This document shows, piece by piece, positions 40,066 to 51,164 of a stretch of 64,000 nt of DNA (positions are counted from its first letter, which is position 1; each line of letters starts with the position of its first letter). The notes under the pieces are model-generated. The model worked only from the letters and a program-made list of their open reading frames with translations. It had not been told where the DNA came from and did no database searches. Source of the DNA: Stegostoma tigrinum. Lineage: Eukaryota. Where the stretch lies: contig NC_081393.1 in assembly GCF_030684315.1 (NCBI RefSeq), forward strand, positions 14,503,479-14,567,478. Direction: 5' to 3'. Made by a program: the position numbers and the translations under genes.

Positions 40066-40381
40066 AGATTAGATTAGATTCCCCACAGTGTGGTAACGGG
40101 CCCTTCAGCCCAGCAAGTCCACACCGCCCCTTGAAGCATCCCACCCCGACCCATCCCCCTGTAACCCACAAACCTCTGAACACTACGAGCAATTCAGCTT
40201 GGCCAATCCACCTAGCCTGCACATCTTTGGACTGTGGGAGGAAACCGGAGAACCCGGAGGAAACCCACGCAGACACGGGGAGAATGTGCAAACTCCACTC
40301 AGACAGTCACCCGAGGCTGGAATCGAACCCGGGTCCCTGGTGCTGTGAGGCTGCAGTGCTAACCACTGAGCCAACGTGCCC
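40066..40381 (-). mobile_element. HE1-type V-SINE, full length
   Basis: A box TGGCTCAGTGG, B box GGTTCGATTCC, V-domain GGAGTTTGCACATTCTCCCCGTGTCTGCGTGGGTTTCC, (AATCT)n tail. Confidence 0.9.
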
Positions 40382-43118
40382 TTATAAAAGGGGCATGGAT
40401 AGTGTGAATAGCTAAGGTCTTCTCCATAGGGAAGGGAAGGCTAAAACAAGGTTTAAGATGTGTGGGGAAGGAGTGAACAAAGGACCTGAGTGGTAACTTT
40501 TTCACGCAAAAGGTATTGCATGTACGGAATCAGCTGCCAGAGAAAGTGGGAACAATACAAAAGGTAACAGGCACCTGAAGAGGTATATGGAGGGGTTTAC
40601 TGGATCAGTTTGGAATGTCTGGTCAGCATGGACAAGTTGGACCCCTCTCTGACTCTACAGACTTTTCTGGCTTCTAAATTCAACAAGTAAAATGGACACA
40701 ATGCTTATGAAAACTAAACATCATTAGTCTACAAGAAGCTCTGGAAAATGGACTAACCTGCTAAATTACAATGTTTAAATCACAACGTGCTTGCCAACTT
40801 CAAAGATCCCACATAAAATCGTACTGCTGTCTTAAACTTTCAATGCAGTGAAATATTTCACACCATAGTTTTAAATGTCAGCTCATGATACAGAAATGGA
40901 GATATTAAAATCTAAATTTAGTCTTCCTACTTCATCTGGAAGAATGAAGTGAAACACATGATAGTCTGTATTTGCGCAGAAGTCACCGCATGATCAATCA
41001 GATCACAGCAGGGCACAATGACTCTTGTATTAACCTGGTGAGCCAATTCAGGCCTTTGAGTCACAAACAGGGTCACACACTTGACAATAATTAAAGCTGT
41101 TAAAATTCCTGTTTGTGCTACAGCTCCAAGATCTACTATGAAATAGAATCAGCTGCTGCCTTGAGTTTAACAAGACAAAGTTTTATACCCTCTATTCCTA
41201 AATCATTCTGCAGTCATTTGGGACCTTAACAAGCAACAAACAGATTTTTTTGCCTCTCCTGATCTAAGAAATTAAGCAGCAACTTGCAGCACAGGACACA
41301 TTCCATCAATTTTTGTCGCCATCTATTTGTGTAGTGTTCTCTTCTGGCAATCATAATCTTGCTTCGGAAGATCACGAACACTGGCAGGGCATATTCATGG
41401 GATTACAGATGCAGTTTTAAAAAAAAAAAAATCACTGAAGATGCTAGACTGCAGTCAGAAGCAAAATTTCCCATAACGTGTATTGTTTACTTTGCAATCA
41501 AATGGGGGCAAAGCCCATGATGCAATTTAAAGACTCCTGAAAGGAAAATGTAGTGAGATGGAAAGAATGAGCAATCAACAAGAGTAAAACTTGAAATTTA
41601 TAAAGCAACAATATCTGTTGAACTGACAGGAATTCAAAAATATTGTTTCAACATATTCAGTGTGAATTCATTTTCTTTCATTGCAGTCATTGCTCACAAA
41701 CATGTCATCTTCACTGACAATCGATGAAACTAACACGATACAGGGTCACAACACAACGATTGTGCATCAGGTCATGAAAATAACTGATGCTATTGGAGAT
41801 AGCATCACACGGCTTTACATAAATTTTAATCTTGATGAACATGGCTTTGCTTTGTCAACAAGAACTAAAAAATAATGTTGAAAATATACAGTAGGGCTGG
41901 TCAAAACTGAAAGGAAAAAGGAGAAATTTTTGGCTTGACACTATTACAATAGAAAATTCTAAGTAGAAAAGCCCATCATCAAGCTAACCAACATTAATAA
42001 ATGTAATTAGAGTTACGGAAAACACCAAGAACACAGATAACTTATCCAAGTTGAAAAAAAGCAGCCAGTGGATTTACAGGACCTGAAAAAAAATCTGGAC
42101 AGCAGTGTCAAGCTTTGGAGAATATGCTTAAATCTGGTTGTGAAAGATGGAACAGCAAAACAGAAATGGATTGGAAGATTGGCAAAATTGAAAGCAAAAG
42201 GATTGAACACTAATGTTGGATTTCAACAGATTAAGCTTCAAACTGTTAGGGCCTCAAGTCATCCCACAATAATTCATGTAGAAGTATCACCTCACGTTTA
42301 CTTGTCATTGTCTCAAACACTGCTGCCCAACCATTTCATGTCAGTCCATTCTCGGGTCTTCTTTTCTTTCAGTTCATTGGAACAGAGGAATTAGGAACAG
42401 GAGTAGGCAATCAAGTCCTTCATGGCTGGTCTGCCATTTTTACACAATCATGGCTGCTCTTAGCCTGGTCTCAACTCCTCCTACCTGCTCCCCATAGCCA
42501 TTTCACATTTTTCAGACGACACACATCTATTTCTTTCTTGAAACTGTTCATTTATTGTGCCTCCACTGAACTCTGGGGCAGGGAGTTCCACAGATTCACA
42601 ACCTTCTCAAGAAAAGCAGTTTCTCATTTCAGTTTTGAATCTACCCCATGCCTCACCCTACATCTCTGACCTTTTGTTTCAGACTATTCCATAAAGGGGA
42701 ACATCTGTTTGATGTCCACTTTTTCAATCTGTTTAAGATTTTCTACACCTGAATCAGGTCCCTTCTCATTCTTCTGAACTCAAGTACAAGCTCAAGCTAT
42801 TCAACCACTTCTCATTTAAAAGCCCTTTCATTCCTGGAATCAATCTGTTGAATCTCCTCCAAACTGCTTCTAGTGCCACCATATCCTTTCAAAACTGGAC
42901 ACAATACTCCAGCTGTGGTCTCATCAACACCTCAGACAATTGTAACAACACTTACTTGTTATAATCCAGCCTTTTTGCAATAAAGGCCAGGATTCCATGT
43001 GCATTTCTTGCTGGACGCTGGACCTGCACATCCACTTTCCCTGAATCATGCACAAAAGATGTCCAGTTCCCTCTTCTCTGATGCACTTGGAATCTGCCTC
43101 CCAATTAAATAATAATTT

Positions 43119-43349
43119 GTATCAGAGATAATGGGAACTGCAGATGCTGGAGAATCAGAGATAACAGTGTGGAGCTGGATGAACATAGCTGGCCAAGCAG
43201 AATCTTAGGAGCACAAAAACTGACATTTCAGGCCTAGACCCTTCATCGTTTTTTTCAGATGAAGAGTCTAGGCCAGAAACGTCAGCTTTTGTGCTCCTAA
43301 GATGCTGCTTGGCTGCTGTGTTCATCCAGCTCCACACTTTGTTGTTATC
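43119..43349. mobile_element. Palindromic mini-PLE with 14-bp TSD
   Basis: TTAAATAATAATTT at 43105-43118 and 43350-43363; two inverted degenerate hammerhead cores in the centre. Confidence 0.88.
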
Positions 43350-43757
43350 TTAAATAATAATTTTACCTTTTATTTTTCTGACTAAAAGGGGCATTTTCAC
43401 AGAAGGTGGCTCATGTGTGAAATGAACTGCCAGAGCAATTGGTAGATGCAGGTACAGTTGCAACATTTAAAAGAGATTTGGACAGGTACTTGAATAGGGA
43501 AGGTTTAAGAGGGATATGGGCCAAACTCAGGCAAATGGGCTAAATTTAGTTTGGGAAAACATGGACAGGTTGGACCGAAGGGTCTGTTTCCCTGACTGTT
43601 TCAATGACTCTGACAGCCTCACCCTTATCCATATAATATTGCATCTGCCACATTCTGATTCATTCTCCTAGGGCATCAGTACCCATCTAAGTCTTTCTCT
43701 CCTCCTCACAGTCTGCTTTCCCACCTATTTTAGTATTATCTGCAAATTTTAGAATAG

Positions 43758-44101
43758 CATAGAATCCTTACTGTGTGGAAAGAAGCCATTTGGCCTAACA
43801 AGTTCACACCAGCTCTCTGAACAGCATCCTATCCAGATTCACCTCCTTCACTCCCCTACCCTATCCCTGTAACCTTGCATTTCCTACAGCTAACCTACAC
43901 ATCCCTGGACACAATGGGCAATTTAGCATTACCAATTAACCTAACCTGCACATCTTTGGACTGTGGGAGGAAACAGGAACACCCAGAGGAAACTCAAATA
44001 CAGGGAGAGAATGTGTAAACTCCACACAGGCAGTCACCTGGGGCAGGAATTGAAACCTGGTGCTGTGAGGCTGCAGTGCTAACCACTGAGCCACCGTACC
44101 A
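43758..44101 (-). mobile_element. HE1-type V-SINE
   Basis: Same head and V-domain as 40066-40381. Confidence 0.85.
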
Positions 44102-45190
44102 GCCCAAATTTTACTATGTTACACTTTGTCCTTGCTTGCAGATCATTTACATATATTGGAAGTAGTTGAGGTGTGAGAACTGAACCCTGCAGCACCTCAC
44201 TGGTTACAGTTTGCCATCCACAGAAGGGACGATTTATTGCGATCTTCTGCTTTCTGTCAATCAGCTTTATCCAAACCAATACTCTTCACTCCCTGGGATC
44301 TAACCTTCTGGATCAGTCTTTCATACGGCATCCGATTCAGGAGTGTATCCATCAAAACATTCCAGCTTTTCAAATAGTGGCAATTCTGTATCCACACCAG
44401 AATGGTAGCTATCATAGAAGAGTCAATGTGTGAAGATTTATAGTCAAAAATATCATAAATAATCTTGGACAGGGACCTCTTACAAATTCTTTTTCCAGCA
44501 TTTGTTCACCAAAGAACTACTTCACAAACTTTGAGAACACAATTTGTTCAGTGAAATCTTAACTGTTGTACTTCAGCATATAGCAAGAGCCGACTGTTAT
44601 CAAAATGCTGCAGGCAAACATTAACCATACAGACATTGCTTGAATGGTGTATTTCTCACAGACAGCTCACCACTATAAATCAAAAATCAGTTTATGACAT
44701 GTTCATAAGATTCACACACAAAAGGAAAAGTCATTGCTTTTCACACTGATGTGACAAAGAGAATAAAATAGACATTATTTACAGGAGCTTATGGTTACTA
44801 TCACAATGTAAGTGAATGTACAACAGGCTTAATCTGGAATCTCTCATTCCTAGAGTTGAAGACGGGCCCATATTAGACTCAGGAGAAACACTAATGAACC
44901 AGAACTTCACGTTGTTGCTTCAAAGATTTTGGTCAGCTGTGGGCAGCAATACTAAAGTAAGAAAAGAAGGGATTCAGGAGCACCGGATACCTTGTATCGT
45001 AAGTTTTACAATGAAATGGCAACTTCTCATTTAGAATGTAACCTCAAACCATTTTTATGGTTATTGATTTGTCTTACATTTGGATTGTGATATGCACCCT
45101 TATAATTTTTAGTTGAACACCTTCCACTCTTTCGGATCAACTGAAATACCCTATCCAAGAAAAAATATGATTTAATAATTTCCCACTGAC

Positions 45191-45463
45191 CTGAAAGGTG
45201 TCGACGACCCTATGGAGGAACTCGATGACAAATAGCGGCGGCACCTCACTCTGGATCACAGCCACGAAGAAGATACGGTCACGGTAGACGCTGATTAAGA
45301 AATGATGCGGAGTCGGGATGACCGGAGGCACGTTCTCCGACTCGTTTGCCTTTTCTTGCGCCTCAAAGAAATAATCGCAAACCGACCTGCTCACCACACT
45401 CTTCCAATGCTTCTCCAGGAAGATGTCCCCAGAGGAGTTAATGAGGAACAAACTGTGGATCAT
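45191..45463 (-). CDS. AP3M2: AP-3 complex subunit mu-2, coding exon 1
   Basis: ATG at 45463; translates MIHSLFLINSSGDIFLEKHWKSVVSRSVCDYFFEAQ...FLHRVVDTFQ; 273 nt; donor GTCAGT. INSS, VVSRS and RVVDTF are mu3B-type residues rather than mu3A. Confidence 0.97.
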
Positions 45464-45960
45464 GATTCCGGAAGTACTCGACCAAGGCTGCCTTAGCTCG
45501 CAGTCCGAGTGGTACTGCTCCACCCGCAGCCAGCTCTTCGTCGCTCTCAGGGTCACTAACTTCCGCCTGCTGCTCACTTTCCAATCGCTTCCGGGATCCC
45601 TTCTTGTCTCATTGGCCAACCCCTTATTAACTCCGCCCTACTTCTACCAACCGACCAAATGATTGGAAAATTAGAAGTGCGCCCTCACTCGGTGTCCATT
45701 CGACAAGTTTCTGTGCGTCCATTCAATGACCAGTGGTCACGGGAAAGGGAGACCCCCCCTGTTTTTCCGGGAACGACTGCCCGTCCTCGATTAACCCATC
45801 ACTACCTGCATGGCAATTCCAAGATAATAAAATGTGAGGCTGGATGAACACAGCAGGCCAAGCAGCATCTCAGCATGGCAGCACGTTTTCCCATTTCATT
45901 CACCGTAATATCGGGAGATACGTTCAGAACCCACTAGTGTGGCCGTGTCAATACTTTACG
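45464..45960 (-). promoter_or_regulatory. AP3M2 CpG-rich promoter / 5' UTR
   Basis: Local CpG enrichment spanning exon 1; ETS motifs CCGGAAGT 45468-45475, ACTTCCGC 45559-45566, CTTCCGG 45588-45594; CCAAT/ATTGG at 45581, 45611, 45662; GC-box-like CTCCGCCT near 45632. Confidence 0.75.
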
Positions 45961-45989
45961 TGACAGAAAACAAACACAACAGAATGCAT

Positions 45990-46210
45990 GAGATAATGGG
46001 AACTGCAGATGCTGGAGAATCCAAGATAACAAAGTGTGAAGCTGGATGAACACAGCAGGCCAAGCAGCATCTTAGGAGCACAAAAGCTGACGTTTCGGGC
46101 CTAGACCCTTCATCAGAAACGCTGAAGGGTCTCGGCCCGAAACGTCAGCTTTCCTGCTTCTGAGATGCTGCTTGGCCTGCTGTGTTCGTTCAACTCTACA
46201 CTTTGTTACC
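45990..46210. mobile_element. Palindromic mini-PLE with 11-bp TSD (half-copy also at about 45815-45873)
   Basis: ACAGAATGCAT at 45979-45989 and 46211-46221; inverted arms. Confidence 0.88.
46089..46116 (-). ncRNA. Minimal hammerhead-ribozyme-like motif (intact core)
   Basis: Reverse complement CTGATGAAGGGTCTAGGCCCGAAACGTC inside the palindromic mini-PLE. Confidence 0.58.
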
Positions 46211-47314
46211 ACAGAATGCATTGACATTCTCCACATTCCTTAGTGATGAGGCTACCAGGTAAAGAGAACATGCTTTGCTTTACCCCCTTGCTGTAAAATA
46301 AAGGTACAACGATATGGTTGGCATATTTTTTGCAAATCAATTTCCCCTGTCACTCGTCAATTTGTTACGCCCCTGATCGTGCGCTCCTGGTCGCAGAACA
46401 AATCAACAGCATGTTTGAAAAATAAGAAAACCAAAGCAAAATACAGCGAATGCTGGAAACCTGAAATGTAAATAAAACATTGCTGGAAAAATTCAGTAAT
46501 TAAGGCAGCATCTGCGAGGAGAAAGGCACTTTAAATCAAGATTTCGTTTTAGAAAATTTCTTCAGCTCTGATCGAACATCATTTTGTTGGGCTACGTGAA
46601 CTCTTTGCAGATATCGGCTGACCTGCCAAGTCTTTCCATCGTTTTTCCGTACCTAGAAGTTCTAGAGAATGGCAAGTAGGCTTTTCATTCATTGTTCACA
46701 CAGCCCATAACGACTTCGACTGTTCAATGAAAATAAACGTTATTAGGGATCGGCACTGCTGGAACAAGTTAATTGTTCACTCTAGAAAAAACGAAAGCAC
46801 TCGATTCAGTACTGCTTAAAATGGGCAAAGCATTGTGTAACACAGAAAGTCAGGTATCTCGAACGGGTTGACGAAAAGTTAATTCTTTTTTTCCGAAAGT
46901 TTTGCTGCTTCCGGGCAGTGCACACTTTTGAGATCAAGCAAGGTGGCACAATTGTTTGCTGTATTCCCTATTAGATCACCCGCACTACCGCCGACAAAAG
47001 ACCTCTGCCAGACCAATGTTCACGCTCTGATATGTGAAGTCGGGTCAGTAGGTGCAACTTTCCAGTGACTCTGTGATGGGTTGATGGTTGCAGAGAGGTT
47101 TTCAGGATTCTGGTGCTCACCTTCCAGCTGATACACCTGCCAAAGTAATGACTGGAAATGGGCAATTGTTCAGGAAGGCATCAATTAAACATAAGGTACC
47201 ACTCTAGATTAGATATTGAAGCTCCACAGACCCCTCCAACACTTACAAATTGTCCATAAAATTTTATGCAAGTTAGCCCACTCAAGCCTGAGACCTGTCG
47301 TCAGTGATTGCCTC

Positions 47315-49090
47315 ATAGAGTCATAGTGTCATACAGCAAGTAAACACACCCTTACGTGCAACTAGTCCATGCTGACCATGTTCCCAAACTAAACTAGACC
47401 CACCTGGCTGTGTTTGGCTCAGAGCATTCCAAATCTTTCCTATTCAGATACTTATCAAGTGTCTGTCGAATGTTGTAACTGTACCAGCTTCCACAACATC
47501 TTCTGGTAGTTCATTCCATACATGAATCACTCTCTGTGTAAAATGTTGCCCCTCATGTCCATTACAAATCTTTCTCCTCTCACCTTATGTACACCCTAGT
47601 TTTGAACTCCCTCACCCTGGGGAAAAGATCTTTGCTACTCAACTTATCCATGCCCTCATGATTTTAAATATCTCTATAAGATCACCCCTCAACCTCCTAT
47701 GCTCCAGTGAAAAAAAATCCCAGTCTATCAGATCTATTTTTATAACTCAAACCCTCAATTCCCAGCAATATCCTGGTAAATCTTTTCTGAATGCAGTTCA
47801 GTTTAATAATATCCTTCCTATAACAGGGAGAGCAGAACTGCACACAACACTCCGGCAGAGGCCTGACCAAGTCCTATACAACCTCAACATGATGTCCCAA
47901 CACCAATACTCCAAGGTCTGAGCAGTGAAGGCAAGTGTACTAGACACATTCTTAACCACCCTGTCTACCTTTGACGCACATTTCAAAGAATCATGTACCT
48001 GAACCCCTCCGTCTCTCTATTCTACAACACTACCCACAGCTCTCCCATTAAATGTGTAAGTCCTGCACTGGTTTGCCTTACCAAAATACAATCCCTTGCG
48101 TTTATCCAAATTAAGCTCCATCTGTCATCCCTCATCCCGTTGGCCCAACTGATCAAGATCTCTTTGTAATCTCAGATAATGTTCTTCACTGTCCACTGTA
48201 CCACCAGTTGGTGTCATCTGCAAATTTATGAGCCATCCTAAGTTCTCCTTCAAATCATTTATTTAAATGACCAACAAAAGTGGACCCACAATACTGATCC
48301 CTATGAAACACTACTGGTCACAGGCCTCCAGTCCAAAAAGCAACATTCCAACACCACCCTCTACCTCTGGCTGTAAAGCCAATTTTGTATCAAATTGGCA
48401 AGTTCACACTGAATCCCATGTGATCTAAACTTACTAATTTGTCCACCATGTAGAATCTTATCAAAGGCTTTACTCAAGTCTGAGTAAACAACATGGACTG
48501 CTGTGCACTCAATCTTTTTGGTCACTTCCTCAAAAAACTGAATTAAGTTTGGAAGACACAACTTTCTTTGTACAAAACAATGTTGACTATCCCCAATCAT
48601 TCCCTGCCTCTCCAAATATATGTAAATCCTATATTTCAGAATAACCTCCAACAACTTACTCATCACCAATAATAGACTGACAGGTCTGTAGCTACCCAAC
48701 TTCTCCTTATAACCTTTCTTAAATAAAGGCATAACATTAGCCAACCTTCTGTCCTCCGTGGTTATAGATGATACAAATGTTTCTCCTCAGGGTCTCCACA
48801 GTTTCTCCCTAAATTCCCACAACATCCTGGGACACACTTGATCATATCCTGGAGATTTATCTCCTTTATGTTTTCTAAGATCTCCAGCAATTCCCCTTTT
48901 GTAATGTGAACTATTTTCAAAATATCGATGTTTACTTCACTGAGTTTTCTAGCCTCCGTTTCTTTCTCCACAGTAAAAACTGATGCAAAATATTCATTTA
49001 ATATCTCTCCCATGACCTGTGGTTCAACTGGAAGATGACCTTTTTGATCTTTACAGGGCCCTACTCTCTTTCTCGTAGCTCTTTTACTTT
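47315..49090 (-). mobile_element. CR1 LINE ORF2 fragment (RT) with 3' end
   Basis: ANVMPLFKKG...YRPVSL...DLSKAFDK (ORF 48361-48744), KFADDT near 48215. Confidence 0.9.
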
Positions 49091-50479
49091 CTGTCATTGC
49101 TGAGTTCCACTGTGCCAACCTTTCCCTCAATAACTTAACCATTACTCTTCCCTCTATTCCTCTGTATCCCACATCTCCCGTACATCTCAGTGCTGCCATT
49201 CACCCCACTCTAGTCTCCTAACCATTTCCCTGTGTTTCACTTTTTCTATGTCTGATCACTCCCCACTCCTCTATCCAGAAGACATATTCTTGGTGCATCC
49301 TTTGCCCTTTATGCCTCTGTGCCCCATTGTCTTTAGCTGTTTCCCTTAATTGACTAACTATCTCATGGAGCTAACTTGCACAACCCTGCTTAACCCTGGA
49401 TGAAAGTTAAAATTCAAATAGTAAAGAAACTAGTTCAATATTAAATGTGAAATACAAACAAAATTATATTCTTAGAAATAGATTAAGAACTCCTTTACTT
49501 GTCAAACTGACTGCACTCTGTGTTCAGAATCACACTCATACAATATCTGAGACCTGGAGATGGCAATATTGTAGGGTCTCCAAGCCTGTTTCTTTTCAAA
49601 TTCACCAATACATAAAAACAACCTGCTCACAACGTGATGAAAAGTACTTAACTAAATGGCATGCAGAAAGCCCACCTTTTTCAGAGAGTCCTGCAGTGAT
49701 GCTAAGATATAATTTGGGCTGTTGATTTACTCACACCACAGTTCAGGAATGAAAACATATTCGTTCTCAGGCATGCACTGTGTGTATGTAATGACAAGCC
49801 AATTACATGATTAAAAAAACATGATTGTTAAAGCAGCTCTGATGAAGAGTCATCTAAAACTGAAATACTGTCTTGTTCTATCTCCATGGATGCTGCCTGA
49901 CCCGCTGTGATTTCCAGCATTTTTTGTTTTCAGTAAGAATGACATTTTGAGCATAAACATGGGAAGAAGTAATCCTCTTTAACTAAACCCAAGAAAAGGT
50001 TGCTGCTGTATTTCAAATTGTCACAAACTCAAGGGTTAAAAACCCCCAGCTTCATTTAAAAAAGACACATTACAAAATGGAAGGAAAGTGAGCAAGGTTT
50101 CAGCTCTCTTTCATTTCTGTCTGCGACAAATGGCCTCCACACAATTTACAATCTGCCTGGGGTGACTGTTTGCTTCATCAATGATCAAATGTTTGCTGGT
50201 GTGAATGTTAAATACCACTTTGATGGACCTCTCCTTAAACTCAATCACTTATGTGTCAAAATTAAACTGCCCACCATAGGCATTCATGATCTACCAGCCA
50301 ATACTCCACTCCCTATTTTTGAGCGGATCTGGAAAATGTTGAGCCGTTCTCATAGTTTGGCAACTCTGTCACTTGAAAGGACACCTTTGATGATAAGATC
50401 CAACAAAGAGTCAGCTGCTCCAGCTCAACCTTCAATCAACTATGGCAGCAAGCATTTGATAATAAAGACCTCTACAAGT

Positions 50480-51130
50480 TAACAAAAGTCCTGGTGTATG
50501 GAATAATTGTCATCACTACACTTCTGTACTTCAGGAAGACCTGGACTGCATATTAGCAACAAGTAAGAGCGAAAGGGAAATTCCTGAGCCATACCTCTGC
50601 CACATCCTCCGGAATCAGTTGGAGGACTGTCAAATAAACAATTTTTCTTGATGCCATCTCCACATGTATTTCAGTAGAACCCACGTTGAAATCAATTTCA
50701 ATGGACTGAACTCTGTGTCCACAACGTTGCATGTGTCTCCACCACCAAATTCCTATCATACAATTTTCAAATGGCTAGTGTTCTAGAGGAGGCCAAAAGA
50801 CATTTTCAAAGGTACTCTGAACCTTTCCTTAAAGCACAGCAGCACTGACATGAATGACCTGAACAGCTTGCTATCAATTATTCAAAACAGCGACATCCTG
50901 TCCATCAAGCTGCATCGCACTTTTGAGTCCAAATGCCTCAGTGTCAAGGCAAAGTGGTGACAGTGAAGGAAAGAAAAGGAAGCAACTCCTGCACCCTGAA
51001 ACCCTCTGCCTTTTGGGATATCCTGCCCAATGTGACAAAGAGATCTGTGGGTTAAAAATTGGCCTGTTCAGTCACACAACCTCATGGCAGATTCTCTCAA
51101 GTGTGAGAAGATTTCGCCTTCAAATCAAGG
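50480..51130 (+). mobile_element. Old RTE-like LINE 3' remnant
   Basis: Degenerate RGGQK..FKGTL segment and terminal C-x2-C...GLFSH zinc knuckle (CDKEICGLKIGLFSH). Confidence 0.45.
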
Positions 51131-51164
51131 GACAGAGAGTGATCATACATCTCCTCCATCAGGC

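Larger units (their letters stand above)
39110..40660 (+). mobile_element. Decayed CR1 fragments hosting a PLE and an HE1 SINE
   Basis: YKVLVRSHLEYSEQIWAP motif (ORF 39250-39456). Confidence 0.7.
42385..44340 (-). mobile_element. Decayed CR1 LINE with nested PLE palindrome, plus-strand CR1 tail and HE1 SINE
   Basis: WQTVTSEVLQGSVLTPQL RT motif (ORF 44079-44279). Confidence 0.7.

Noticed and set aside
40310-40381. tRNA gene
   Set aside because: A and B boxes belong to the HE1 SINE head, continuous with the V-domain and tail.
45464-45619. N-terminal extension of AP3M2 (MANETRRD...) in the ORF track
   Set aside because: Starts at TTG, not ATG, overlaps promoter motifs, and the conserved protein begins at MIHSLF.
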